Shown piece by piece: positions 26,249 through 40,148 of a stretch of DNA of 64,000 nucleotides (position 1 is its first letter; each line of letters starts with the position of its first letter). Source of the DNA: Octopus sinensis. Its lineage: Eukaryota. The position numbers and the translations under genes are program-made. The notes beneath the pieces are model-generated. The model ran no database searches and was not told where the DNA came from. It saw only the letters and a list, made by a program, of their open reading frames with translations. The stretch is from NCBI RefSeq assembly GCF_006345805.1, contig NC_043020.1, positions 17,670,001-17,734,000 of the forward strand, given 5' to 3'.

Positions 26249-26736
26249 TATGCAAAAAATTACGAATATCTGAAGAGTTGTCATTTTTAAAAAGTTTCAC
26301 TGGGGGTGTTTCTGCTTCTTGCAGCATTTAGAGAGGTTGTTTCTTCAAAGTCATGGAGCAAAACAACTTCCTGCAGTTAACGTTAATAAAACTTTGAGCA
26401 GATATATCTGCTTTCCATGTCCAAAGAGTTAAACATGACATGTCACTTCCAGTGCCAGATGTATACACACTTAATCAGAAATACTTCAAAGTGAGTCTGA
26501 ATGTCTGTCCTGGTCTCAACCAATCCTTGTTTTTTTTTTGTTTTTTTTTTTATGTGGAAGTAAGTGTACTAATGCAGCAGTGAGATGAAAGCGGATCACT
26601 CGTGAAAAGAGGAAAAGCAAGCCATAGGCAACCAAATTTCTGGCTGTCCAGTTTTTAAAAAAGTGATGGATAAAAGTAATGTCTTAATTGTTACTTCCTT
26701 AACATCACATCTCTCTCTCTCTCTTTCTGCCTGTCT

Positions 26737-26771
<35 letters not shown>

Positions 26772-28050
26772 AATATGATCTCTTATGGTGTGACTTAGGA
26801 AATAGCATCACCAGTCCTGTCTCATATTTCTTTGCATGACTACAAATTTAAGGAATAGTTTTTTTCCTCTGTTATATGTTTATGCTGTTAGTCTTAAGTA
26901 TGTTTGCGTGTCTCTAGTCTCAAGTGCGTCTATGTATCCCTGTCGTGTTGCTTAAGCCCATCTCAACTCTGTTGGAGCATGACCCATACTCAAAGGCATT
27001 TCAATCATTGCAGTCTTGTGGGTTATTTTATTTTTAGAGGTCTTTCAGACTACATTATCTAAAGAATGTTTTCCTTATCTAATGTAATAAGGAACAATTT
27101 GGCTACTATCTCTAGCAGACTGAACGACCATGTTGAGGCTTCCACATTTGATTGATAAGACATTATTTATTTCCATAATTTTTTGAGAAATTGGCAGCAT
27201 ATCTCAGGTATTAGTTAATATTAATTCTATATTAATGTTTATTATTGTATGCTCTTTGTCAAATTCTATGTTTTACTGGTTTCTGTCTTTTGGCCTGTGG
27301 CCATAAGTAGAGCAGCACCATCTTTTTAGATTTTAGCGATTTATATGGATGCTAGTGCTTTGTCTGTGACTATTTCTGTTAGGTGTAGTTATTGTGTAAT
27401 CCTACTCTTAAATCCCAGAAAAGATTGAGATTAAATTGTTCACATTTGAAATGAGATGCTTTCAAGGAATTTTAACTTTGTAGAAGAGGTACTGAACTCA
27501 CCATCAAGTCTTAGAAAAAAGTTTGTATGTTGGTTGGGAAAAGAGAAAGATTCTTAGAAACAACATTCTCTCTCTCTCTCTCTCTCTCTCCCCATCTCTC
27601 TCTTTCTCTACTCATCTCTCTATCTGTCTATCTCTCTCCTCCCTCTCTCTCTTTACTTGTCTATCTGTATATCTTTCCATGTTTCTCCTAATTAAACTAG
27701 ACATGCTTATTATAACCCTGGCTGATCTTGAGATCCATTTGTGAATTGTGCCCACCAGAGTCAGCCTATTTTCTAGGCTGGCTCTGTTGGTGTAACCCTT
27801 TCCTCATTTAAACAAGCAAACTTAACCACTACAAACACAGAGCTGTTTCTTCAAACTAACCATAAAGGCTGCTTTGACAATGTCTTGCCACTCCCTCCCC
27901 AGTCTCACACAGTTCAAACACAAAATCATATAGAAACTCGTGATTTTCCTTACTTTCATCAATCTAGGATTCTTTATATATCTACCATTCGAGCGTGATT
28001 GTTTCCAGTGTCTCCTTACTGGCACTTGTGCCGGTGTGCAGGTGACACTG

Positions 28051-28135
28051 GAGGGCCAGTCAGGCAGTACTGGCAATGGCCACAAAAAAATCGGGGTTTT
28101 TTGTGGCCATTGCCAGTACTGCCTGACTGGCCCTC
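28051..28135. repeat. Perfect 39-bp inverted repeat, 7-nt loop
   Basis: gagggccagtcaggcagtactggcaatggccacaaaaaa / ttttttgtggccattgccagtactgcctgactggccctc. Confidence 0.95.
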
Positions 28136-29091
28136 ATACCGGTGACACGTAAAAGCACCCACTACACTCTCAGAGTGGTTGGCGTTAGGAAGGGCATCCA
28201 GCTGTAGAAACCATGTCAAATCAGACTGGAGTCTGGTACAGCCTTCCAGCTTGCCAGCCTTGGTCAAACTGTCCAATCCATGCCAGCATGGACAACAGAT
28301 ATTAAATGATGATGATGATGATATATATAGAGAGAGAGATAGGGAGGGAAGGAGAGAGAAAAAAAGAGAGAGATGTGTGTGTGTGTGTCTTTATGTTTGT
28401 GTTTGTCTACCACCACCTCTTGACAACTGGTGTTGGTCTGTTTACATCCCTGTAACTTAGCAGTTGAGCAAAAAAGACTGATAGAATAAGTACCAGGCTT
28501 TAAAAAAAAAAAAGCACTGGGGTTGATTCATTTGACTAAAAATTCAAGGTGGTGCCCCAGCATGGCCACAGTCTAATGGCTGAAACAAGTAAAAGACAAA
28601 AGGTATATATGATCACCATTTAGCATTTTGAAAGCCAAAGAGTTAAGTCAGTGGCTATATTGGTTTAAAACGGCATTTAAATGAGAAGCAGTCTTATCTT
28701 TAATGCACAAAAGAAGAAAAAAAATATATTTCCTGAGGTTTTTAGAGGAAATGAAATAGGAAATTGTAACATTCTTTTTCTTCTTTTGTTTAAGACAGGA
28801 ATAAACAGAACAGCTTTTATTTTCCTTTTAAAGAACAAGTGTCATAATAACCAGATATGTTTAAAGTTCATGTTCCCAACTCTGTCTGTGTGTGTGTGTG
28901 TGTGTGTGTATGTGGTTAAGAAATTTGCTTCCCAACCACATGCTTTTCAGTTTAGTCCTACTGCGTGGGAGCCTGGAATCTGGCATGTGCCACCATGAAA
29001 ATTACTGCTCTTCCTGATAAGTCAGAGGATCAATCTTACTTGTACGTTCTATTTTTGGCATGGTGTCTGCAGCTGGATGCCCATCCTAATA

Positions 29092-29256
29092 TTCTTCTTC
29101 TTCGTTAGGCACCATGTCCAGGATGTAGGACAGGCAGTCATATCATGCCACAATTCTCAATTCTCTGTTTTCCATATCAGTCCCACTTACTGATGTTTAA
29201 AGCCGCCTCCTTCCAACCAGTTCATCAAGTTTGACATCCATATCATCCTTCTTCAA
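29092..29256 (-). mobile_element. 3' end of a second RTE-like LINE family with (GAA)n tail
   Basis: Minus strand RRMIWMSNLMNWLEG...TEN*ELWHDMTA followed by gaagaagaa. Confidence 0.5.
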
Positions 29257-31324
29257 TCGTTTCAATCATCACTAAAGTGACTGGAGACAATACCACATCA
29301 ACTTGTATGCCAGAAAATATGGTAGTTCACTGTAGGAGTTGGTTATAGGAAGGGTTTCAGGCTGTTGAAACTAAGCTTAAAATATACAACTATAAGTAAG
29401 AACTCCAAATAAGAACTGAATTGGACAGTGATGACCCATCCAACCCTTTACAGTATGGAAATGGACTGACAACAATGAGGGGAGCAGCAATGATACTGGT
29501 GATTACACTAAAGAGATGAAAGTCAAGAGTTGGTTTAGTTGGAGGTTGAACTTGAATGCAAAGAGTGATGATATTGTAAGGTATTTAACTGGATGTTTTG
29601 ATATCTCTGTCAACTATGGCAGCAATCTGGCAGAATGGTTGGCACACTGACCAAAATGTTTGTCTTTGTTGTGAATTCAAATTCCACTGAGGACCACTTT
29701 GCCTTGTATCATTCCAGGGTCAATAAAAGAAGTATCAGAGCACTGAGCCGGGGGTCATCGATGTCATTGACTTAACCTCCCGCTCTGAAACTGCTGGCCT
29801 TGTGCCAAAATTTGAAATCAATCTAAATCTTGGTGGCAAGCTAGCAGAATCATTAGCACACTAAGTAAAATGCTTAGTGGCATCTTTCTTTGTTTTGAGT
29901 TCAAATTCTGCTGAAGTCCACTTTTGTCTTTCATCCTTCTAGTGTCAATAAAATAAGTACCAGTTGAGTGCTGGGAGGGAGTCAGTGTAATCAACTGATT
30001 CCCCCCCTCCAAAATTGCTGGCCTTGTGCAAAAATTTGAAATCAATATTCCTGTCAACTGAGCCTCCTACTTTGTAATGCTAATATTTCACTTTTCTTTT
30101 TTAACATATTCCCTTGGTGCTCATAATCCTCCACCCATCTCCCTCTTCCTTCCTCCAAGAATGAAAGGAAAGTCTGTATCAACCTTAAAACACCATTTAA
30201 CACAGAACCACAAATTCCAATCCCAAAGAAGCCTATATTCTATTAAATTACCATAGTTTACTGTGTTCTTAGGCAATGATGATATAAGTAGTTTAATTTT
30301 TCAGTCATACACTAAAATATGTTTTGACAAATGCTAGAATAATCTTTACAGTTCTCCAGAAAAAGTTATATCCAATTGGAATTATAGACCTTTCGTGTGT
30401 TTTTCTTTCTTCTATTTTCTTCCTTTTGCTTTTCTTTTTTAGTGTTATTGTTTAACCCTAGGTAAGCCCTTATCAAAATGCATTCCAACCATAGCCATCA
30501 CATAAATATTATATTCTATAATATGTATACTGAATCTAGACTGTATAACTCAATGTATCTTTTATTTATTTACTTTTCTTAAAATGGTGTAATTTGAGGA
30601 TATTTAGTTGCTATTTCTAGCAGATTGTTCAACCACAATGAGGTACCCCTGTAGGTTCATCTAAAAAATATAAGTAGGTGATATCAGTAAACACATTTTC
30701 CCCTACTCTAGAATGTTTTTACAAATGCTAAAATATTTTAGGCTTCTCCAGAAATAGTTGCAACTAAACTGGGATGATGGACATTTTTTTAATGTTATTT
30801 TAGCCCCAGATCAGCCCTGATTGAGCAAACATATGATCAAGATATTCCAACCATGACAATCCTACCATGTATTCAAATATATTGTATTGAGGATTGCACT
30901 ATCCAGTTTGCTGTTTAAGATGGCAGGGTGTGATTTGACAGACTTGGTTGCTATTTCTAGCAGACTTAGTGACCATATAGAGCCGTGGTTCTCAACCAGG
31001 GTCCATATAAGATTTTGTGAAACTGAGAGTAAGATCAGCTGAAATGGATTTTCGAGGCTGGCCCCTCTGCTAGCTGAGTGGACTAGAGCAAAGTGAAATA
31101 AAGTGCCTTGCTCAAGAATACAACATACCACCAGGTATCAAGCTAAATACCCTAACCATTTAGCCATGTGCCTTCACTCTAAGACTATTTCCTAAACTCA
31201 GTAAGTCCATACAAAATGTTTGGAGTGTCCAAGAATTTCCTATGTGTGAATTTGTTTTGAGTAAATAAAGTGTTACACAGAACTCACTTTCCATTGCAAA
31301 CAGCTATAATACCTATTTCTCAAC

Positions 31325-31474
31325 CCCGGTGCGTAACTGGTACTTAATTTATCGACTCCGAAAGGATGAAAGGCAAAGTCGACCTCGGCGGAATTTGAAC
31401 TCACAACATAACGGCAGATGAAATACTGCTAAGCATTTCGCCCAACGTTCTAACGATTCTGCCAGCTCGCCGCC
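31325..31474 (-). mobile_element. Meta-like SINE, CpG-rich copy
   Basis: gaaaggatgaaaggcaaagtcgacctcggcggaatttgaactc; flanked by ctataatacc direct repeat. Confidence 0.85.
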
Positions 31475-33056
31475 TATAATACCATTGGCACAACAGAGGT
31501 TAAGGTGACCAGAAACCAACTGCACTTTAGGTTGCTTTGTTTTTTTAATGCCAGTCTACTGGCTTTTTAGAAGGAGGTTCCAATGAGGATTAGAGGTTTT
31601 GAACATGCTAGTTAACCCATAGCTAGGACCCTAACAGGTATTACTATTTCAGACCAGAGTAGACATGAGAACAACAGTAACTAAGTCGCTGGTCCACACT
31701 CCTTAAAACCCTGCGACTCCTGTACAAAGGCCCCCACTATGAGATGCAGTTTAGGGTCATACCCAGTATACCCTTACATACACACCTACAAACACACACA
31801 ATATCTCCTGAAAACCATAATTATTAAAACTTCATTAAAAAATCCCCAACTGTTGTCTATTAAAGCTTTAGATATTCATTTTGTTTGGATTATATCCTCT
31901 CCATCTTTCATTCCCTTGTCAGAATCCTATAGCTACTATAGCTACCCTTTCCAGCCTCTTACTAACATGAAATTAAATTCTAAAGATTATTTCAAGTCAA
32001 TTATAATTCTACTCTGTAGACTTTTATAAAAACCCACCAAAAAGCTTTGCCAACTTTTGAATTTTCTTCTTTACACTTGCAACATAAACATGAGCTAGAA
32101 TGTTGTGTGTGTGTGTATGTGTGTAAGTAAACGTGTGAATATGTGTGCCCTCATGTATGTGTATATATGTATATATATGTGTATAATGTGTGTGTGTGTG
32201 AATATTTATTTGTGAATGTGTGTTGTTTTACAAAGAATAAACATTTTCTTTATTCTTCCAACTTATATTTAAAAAGGCCATTATTGTTTTTAATTTTTTT
32301 TGTTCTCTTCTGGAATAAACAATCACTCCCAGCACACCACCACCACCATCTTCACCACAACCACAACCACCCTCAACACCATTGCCATCCCCACCATTTA
32401 ATGCCACAAGCATCACCACCACCATCACCATAAGTTTTTATACACTTCCTTGAAATTGTTTTGCTACATATGTTGGTGATGTTGTGTTTCTCAGTGCCTA
32501 TGCATGAACGCCTATATGTATATTTGAATGAATGTGTATGTAGAAAGTAGTAACTTATACCAAGAAACCATAGAGTCTATTTTTTTAAAGTCAAAATATT
32601 TTGTTTGGTAGTGGAGAGAGGAAAAGAGGTTGACTTAGTTTTTTTTTTTGGTGATGGAGAGAACTTTTTTTATATTTAGGTGGTGGGTGGTGAGGTCTGT
32701 TTTGCTTTTAAATTGTTTTACCAAAATAAATCCTTTTCACATTTACATAAAATGTTATATTTTTTCTCAATGTTATGGTTCTACTATATGTTTCTTGGTT
32801 TCTCAGAAAAGGTTTGCCATTTCTCTTCCTGCAAGCTTGGCTGCATTGTTTAGAAGTTCACTTTAGAACCATCAGGTTTCACAATTCATTCCTACTGCAT
32901 GGCACCTTGGGCAAGTGTTTTCTACTATAGCTCTGGGCCGACCAAAGCCTTGGGAGTAGATTTGAAAGATGGAAACTGAAAGAAGCCCATCGTGTGTGTG
33001 TGCATTTATGTGTGTACTAAATTCTGGTGCCTCAACATTAGTACCATATTTATCTG

Positions 33057-33094
<38 letters not shown>

Positions 33095-33301
33095 GCACAC
33101 ACACACACACACGCACACAGAGGTACAGACATGGCTGTGTGGTTAAAAACTTTGGTCGGCAGTCATGTAATTTTTGGTTCAGTCACATGATGCAACACTT
33201 TGAGCGAGTGTTTTCTACTGTAGCCTTGAGTTGACCAGAGCCCCATTAAACAATTTGGTTGGCAGAAGCTGAAAACATACTCTTCATACATACATACATA
33301 C

Positions 33302-33342
<41 letters not shown>

Positions 33343-33345
<3 letters not shown>

Positions 33346-33650
33346 GAGGTGCAATGGCCCAGTGGTTATGGCAGCGGACTCACGGTCGTAGGATTGCGGT
33401 TTCGATTCCCAGACCGGGCGTTGTGAGTGTTTATTGAGCAAAAACACCTAAAGCTCCACATGCTCCGGTAGGGAGTGGTGGCGATCCCTGCTGTACTCTT
33501 TCGCCACAACTTTCTCTCATTCTTTCTTCTGTTGGCCTGCTCGCTTAGCCAGCCGGGTGTTGTCATTTGAAGGCTAAAACAATGCGAAGCGCATTGTGAC
33601 CAGCGATGTGTAGCAACATCTGATAGCCTGGTCGGTCACGGTGACGGTGA
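33343..33650 (+). mobile_element. SINE family C head with alternative tail
   Basis: Head matches 22308 and 45049; diverges after ctttctctcattctttctt. Confidence 0.85.
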
Positions 33651-33776
33651 TATATATATATGTATATATATATATATGTGTGTGTGTGTATAATAAAGTG
33701 TTATTACCATTATTTAAAATAACAATAATAATAAAGTGGTCAGCAAGTTTAACCTAAATAGGCAAAAATATACAAA

Positions 33777-33950
33777 TAAATTTGGGTACCGAAATACCAG
33801 ATTGTTAAGATTAAGAGTCAATACTCCAAATCCACAAATTTCTCACTATTAAGAAACATGCATGGTGAATGTAACGAATATAAGAAACTTTGTGGATTTG
33901 GAGTGTTGACTCCTATTTCTAGCAAGCTAGTATTTTGGTACCCTAATTTA
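33777..33950. mobile_element. Palindromic MITE
   Basis: gggtaccgaaatac...gagtcaatactccaaatccacaaa versus tttgtggatttggagtgttgactc...gtattttggtaccc. Confidence 0.75.
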
Positions 33951-34106
33951 TATATATATATATATATATATATGCTTTGTGGCTTTGGTTTCAGTCCCAC
34001 TGCAAAACTTTGGGCAAGTGTCCTCTGCTATAACCTTGGGATGAACAGTCCTTGTGAGTAAGCAGACACTGTGTGGAAAGTCTATCCTCTGTGTGTGAGT
34101 GTGTAA

Positions 34107-34149
<43 letters not shown>

Positions 34150-34152
34150 AAG

Positions 34153-34186
<34 letters not shown>

Positions 34187-34775
34187 ATGATGATATATAT
34201 TATATGTAGAAAAATACAAACTGGGACAAGAACGTAAAACATTTAGAAGATGATACAAAAAACACGGACAGGACATTCGAAGCCTTCAATCTTCAATCAA
34301 GAACCAGATCATCCTCGCAATTTCGGCTGATTAATCTTGAGATTGCTCCGATCAGGCCAGCCCCAAGGAAAAACTAAGCTACGAGCATTAGATTTCTTGG
34401 AAAAAGGATCGAATGTATACGAAACAAGGACAGAAAAACGGACGATGCCACATGAATATAAATACAAAAAACAATAATAGTAATAACAGGACAAAAACAG
34501 CGGGTGTCTTACGACTATAGACAGTTCAACTTAGCTTAGCTGGCGTATTTGGAAAAAAAAATGCCTTTTTCGGCAGACGAAGAAAACGATGTTCTCGTGG
34601 CGCTGGTCAGAAGCCAAAAGGCTGGTTGACCAGCGGTCACGTGAGAGGAGAAGAGAGAGAAAAAAGGGGGCAAAGGAATCAAAGAGAGAGAGAAAAAGAG
34701 GGATGAAGGCACCAAAGGGGGGGGGAGAAGAGAGAGAAAGAAGGAATTAAAGAGGGGAGAAGAAAGAGAGTGTGC

Positions 34776-34838
<63 letters not shown>

Positions 34839-35355
34839 TATCTTTGTGTTTGTCCCTCATCACTGCTTGATGATAACTTGTTTTGGTTTGTTTTACATCT
34901 CCATACCTGAGCAGTTCAACCAAAGAGACTGATAAAATAAATACCAGGCTTAAAAAATAAATATTGGGGATCGCCCTATCTCTCTTAGACTCTCCAAAGC
35001 AGTTCTCCACCATGTCCACAGCCCAATGACTGAAGCAAGTAAAAGATAAAAGCTTGATATCAGCCGTATCTGTTGTATTGGCATTTTATATGCCTCTCTT
35101 CTATCAGCATGCTATATTTTTATGTTGTATCAGTATGTTATATCTAGAGCTATCAATGTCTTTCAGCTTATTAACGGCATGTCTGGAACAGAAGTTTATG
35201 TACTTTTGATGGTTTGTTTTTTGTGTATGTGTGGGTGCTTGTACATGTATGATTTTTCTATGTGTGTAATATGCATTTGCATATATGTGAAAATACTTGT
35301 AAATGCAATCATATTTGTCTGTTTATGTAAATATTTATATATTGTCTATGTGTGT

Positions 35356-35363
<8 letters not shown>

Positions 35364-35399
<36 letters not shown>

Positions 35400-35707
35400 T
35401 AGATATATAGATATATATATAGATATATAGATATATATATATATATAGATAGATATATAGATATATATATAGATATATAGATAATATATAGATATATATA
35501 TAGATATATAGATATATATAGATATATAGATAGATATATAGATATATATAGATAGATATATAGATATATATAGATATATATATAGATATATAGATAGATA
35601 TATAGATATATAGATATATATATAGATATATATATATATATAATATATAGATATATATATATATTATAGATATATATATAGATATATAGATATATATATA
35701 TATATAT

Positions 35708-35759
<52 letters not shown>

Positions 35760-35760
35760 G
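35364..35760. repeat. (TA)n/(TAGA)n microsatellite
   Basis: Directly visible. Confidence 0.95.
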
Positions 35761-37269
35761 TACATCTTCATATCTGTATCAGACTTGCTCACACTGTCTG
35801 CTGGTGTTATTAACTATGGAAGATTTTGAAGATTTAGTTTCTTTGTATCAGTCACGTGTTACGTAATTTTCCTTCTGCTAGCTTATTCCATTTCATAGAC
35901 TCATTCACTGGTAGAAGCAATTATTCATTATTCAAGGTAAAATCATTGGCTGTAGGTTCAAATCCAGTTGAAGCTGAACATTTTGTATTATATTTATGAA
36001 AGAAATTGCTTTCTCTCATCAGCTGTGTAAATTTTCAGCATAATGCATAGTTTCAAATCTAACTGATGGAATCTTCCATCAAAGACAGTGTTCAGTTTTC
36101 AGTGAACAACCTGCACAAATGGTTTGTTTATAGTGTTCAAATGTATGTGTTGTATATTAACTCACTCCCTCAATCAAATTGACATTACCTGTACAGGTGC
36201 ATGAGTGCACCACGTGTCAGATATTGTAATGATCGCAGAGCAATGTGAAGTGTTTTGCTCAAAAACACAACATTCTATCTGGGAACTGAATAGGTTTCTT
36301 GGTGAAGACTTTTTTTAATTGCTAATTTTGATAATTAAGGTGGCAAGCTAACAGAATCATTAGCACCTGGACAAAAGGTGTAGTGGAATTTTGTCTATCT
36401 TTATGTTCTGAATTCAAATTCTACCAAGATTGACTTTACCTTTCATTCTTTCAGGATCAATAAAATAAGTACCAGTCAAGTACCAAGGTCAACAAAGTCA
36501 AAAGCCCCCTCAGCCAAAATTTCAGACCTTGTACCTATAGTTGAAATGATTATTAATTTTAATAAAGTACTCAATACAAAAGCACATTTTATTGAAAAAG
36601 TAGATTAGATAAACTGTGTTAAAGTTAGACTACAATGCAATAACTGTGAATCATCATCATCATCGTTTAGCGTCCGTTTTCCATGCTAGCATGGGTTAGA
36701 CGGTTCAACTGGGGTCTGTGAAGCCGGAAAGCTTCATCAGGCCCAGTCAGATCTGGCAGTGTTTCTACGGCTGGATGCCCTTCCTAACGCCAACCACTCC
36801 GTGAGTGTAGTGGGTGCTTTTTACGTGCCACCCGCACAGGTGCCAGACAGAGCTGGCAAACGGCCACGGACGGATGGTGCTTTTACGTGCCACCGGCACG
36901 GGGACCAGGCGAGGCTGGCAACGGACACGAGCGGATGGTGCTTTTACGTGCCACCAACACGGGGGCCAGCATAAAATTCTTGGTTGGTGATGTGTTTGAG
37001 AGAGAGTTTAAACATTTCTTGCTTTACATCGTTAATCTCATTGTGTTTTATGTTCAAATCTGGCTGTGGTTAACTTGGGTTTTTATTGTTTTAGGATCCA
37101 CAAAGTAAGAACAAATCAAATATCAGTATTGATAAATTGATATAACTGGTTGTCCCCTCTTAGCAAATAGATGTGCCCTCAGTGTTTTGTCTGCCAGTGT
37201 TAATATATAACATGTTTCTACTTTCACTTTTATTTCTATAATGTCATACATATACACATGTCATACAAG

Positions 37270-37852
37270 CTGGGCTGGTTTTAAGCCAATTAAATAGATT
37301 TCTTCAAATTGGGTCCTATACCTGGAGAGGGCCCTGAGTACACACTCAACCAGAGGACACTATGATTAATTAAACATTTCCTTTTGTTTGTTTTTTTTTT
37401 TTTTTGGTTTGAGGATTTACTCAACAATACCCATAACAGTCACATCAGATGAAAGACGTTAAAACATATTAAAACATACCTACAGTCAACAATTTTGCAA
37501 GAGAGACAAAATAATTTGATGATACTACTTTTAAAAAATGACATTACAAAAACCATTGACTTTGAAATTTTTGTGAAAGACTTCTCAGATGAAAAAAACC
37601 AATGAAGACTGTTTTTCAAAGGCCCATATCAGTAATTATCTTGACTTGTAATAAAACATTAAAGCTTTCATATGAGCTTACGATTTTTAGAATATCATTC
37701 TGGCTAATGGTTGACCCTCAAGCCCTCAATGCTTTTTGGCTGGGATTGGTGTACTACACGAAGCATAAAACATCAATCTTCAGCTCTTGTAGAATAGAGG
37801 GCCCTACTGACAATTCTCTAATTGGGCCCTGCCCTCCCTAGTACCAGCCCTT
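37270..37852 (+). mobile_element. Internally deleted hAT transposon with transposase dimerisation-domain remnant
   Basis: 8-bp TSD catacaag (37262-37269, 37853-37860); TIR gggctggt/accagccc; 37409-37605 reads LRIYSTIPITVTSDER..HIKTYLQSTILQERQNNLMILL..NDITKTIDFEIFVKDFSDEK, matching the hAT ERSFSxLKxIKTYLRSTMxQERL motif. Confidence 0.9.
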
Positions 37853-38574
37853 CATACAAGCACATACATGCACTCTGACAAATGTGCACATGCATATCCA
37901 CATACCAATACATGTGCATATATACCTACATTTACACAGATTATGTACAAACATACACACACTGCTCTATCCTTATACACAGACACACGCACAAATATTC
38001 TTGTATACTTCAGATGCACACATACATACAATCATACATTCACATACACATGTACAAAAAAATAATGTGTCCTTTGTGAAGAGATGTACAGAAGGCATTT
38101 GTCTACCATTATCACTGATGCCTGTCAGGGCAGTAGGTACCCTGATAAATGGTAATCTCTGTCTTCTTGGAATTCTGAGTATTCCAAAAGCATCTAAACC
38201 CCCATATCTACCCCATCCACCTGAAACTTGTTCTGTTTTTGGTGTGTTTGTTTTTCCTATTAAATATTTTTTCTTGCCATTCCTTTAAAACTAAGACAGT
38301 TGAATAATGTTCACTCTTGTAGAGGTGGTTGACTTATGGTATCATAGGGTGTAAAGTGGGGGTATTCAACTGACACTAATGGAGTGTGGAGTAACGTGGG
38401 TAGCTAAGTGGACTTATGATAAAACTGATGAAAAGCTCCACCCTCCTTGCAGTCATCTTAGAGGTGGAAGGGGTTTGGAAGAAGACAAGGATTTAATGAA
38501 GATGCCTCCAACAACATTTCAGTATTCCACTATCAGTTGTCCATCTCCCACTCCTTTATGTTTGTGTATCTGTT

Positions 38575-39140
38575 CATCTTTCAGTCAAACTTTGCTTCAC
38601 TGTGTCCATTCATCTCTCTCAAACTTTGTCTATGTGCCCACCGATCTCCCACCCAAACCCTCTCTGAGTGTCCATCCATCTCTCACTCAAACCATGTCCA
38701 TGCATTTGTCCAACTCTCACTCAAACCTTGTCTGTATGTCCAATTGTCTCTCACTCAAACCGTGTCTGTGTGTCTGTCCATCTCACTCACATCTTGTGTA
38801 TGTGTCCATTCACCTCCCACTCAAACCTTGTCTCTGCATCTGTACATCTCTCACTCAAACCTTGACTAAGTGTCTATCCATTTCTCACCCAAACTTTGTG
38901 TATCTATTCATCTTTCACTCAAACCTCATCTCACTGTGTTCATTCATCTCTCACTCAAGCTTTGTCCATGTGTCCATCCATCTCTCACTCAAACCTTTCC
39001 TGTGTATTCATCCTTCACTCAAACCTTGTCTCCATGTGTCTGTCCATTTCTCATTCAAATCCTGTCTCACTGTGTGTTCACACATCTCTTATTCACTTCT
39101 CATATCAACCCACGTCCCATCCATTTCTAACTCAAACCAT
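38575..39140. repeat. About 34-bp minisatellite
   Basis: About 15 diverged units of tcactcaaaccttgtct..gtgtccatccatctc. Confidence 0.85.
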
Positions 39141-39389
39141 GTATTTATCAACATATCCAAATATTTTCACACATTTCTTGTCAATAATCAAGAAAACAAA
39201 TTATCCTTTCACTTGCCCCAGCAACCTGTTAGAGGACCAGAACAAGTGGATTTGTCAATTCTTATCCATCCTCTGTCCACAATGCAATATATGCTTGTAC
39301 AGAGGTTTCAAACCCTCAACTTTTTGGTCACTATTAGTTTAGTACCCTAACCATTTGTCCACTGTTTCACCAGCCCTTATATATATGTA

Positions 39390-39484
<95 letters not shown>

Positions 39485-39495
39485 ATATATATATT

Positions 39496-39834
39496 GTGAA
39501 GGCGCATGGCTCAGTGGTTAGAGCGTCGAGCTTACGATTGTGAGGTTGTGAGCTCGAATTCCAGACCAGGCTGTGTGTTGTGTTCTTGAGCAAGACACTT
39601 TATTTCACGTTGCTCCACTTCACTCAGCTGTAGAAATGAGTTACGATGTCACAAGTACCAAGCTGTATTGGCCTTTGCCTTTCCCTTGGATAACACTGGT
39701 GGCGTGGAGAGGGGAGGCCGGTATGCATGAGCAACTGCTGGTCTTCCATAAACAACCTTACCCAGACTTGCGCCTGAAAGGGTAACTTTCTAGGTGCAAT
39801 CCCATGGTCTGTGTTGTGACCGAAGGAGGTCTCA

Positions 39835-39835
<1 letters not shown>
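39496..39835 (+). mobile_element. SINE family D (CORE-like centre), full length
   Basis: tggctcagtggttagagcg A-box; gtgttcttgagcaagacactttatttcacg; same tail on minus strand at 56335-56685 and 63950-64000. Confidence 0.85.
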
Positions 39836-39874
<39 letters not shown>

Positions 39875-39876
39875 AT

Positions 39877-40148
39877 CAGTTATTCTCAACCATTTTTTAC
39901 CTATGGAACCTCTTTGATTCCTATTTTACTCTACTGGACCTCCATAGCCATTCAAAGGATATATAAAAAAAAATGATCTTACAATATTTTTTATAATTAA
40001 ATATTAATTAAGAATTGTATTTTAAAAAATTGTTAAAATATTTTGTGTAATATAGAAAGAATTTAAGTGATTTATTACACATAAATTGTAACAATAAAAT
40101 CTTCTATGGACCTTTAAGAGCCACTTGGACCCCTGTTGAGAACAACCG
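39877..40148 (+). mobile_element. hAT-like MITE (CAGTGGTTCTCAACC-type termini)
   Basis: cagttattctcaacc ... gttgagaacaaccg; homologous to 51989-52692 and partial 44180-44250. Confidence 0.7.

Noticed and set aside
26325-26489. Plus-strand AG...GTGAGT exon-like segment
   Set aside because: Stops in all three frames and no supporting partner exon.
35309-35757. Ile/Tyr ORFs (similar at 1006-1608)
   Set aside because: Microsatellite artefacts.
37095-37104. 10-nt microexon-like segment ttttAG|gatccacaaa|GTAAGA
   Set aside because: Not frame-preserving and no host gene identified.
38379-39350. 323-aa Cys/His/Leu-rich ORF, superficially zinc-finger-like
   Set aside because: Translation of an approximately 34-bp minisatellite; no C2H2 spacing or linker.
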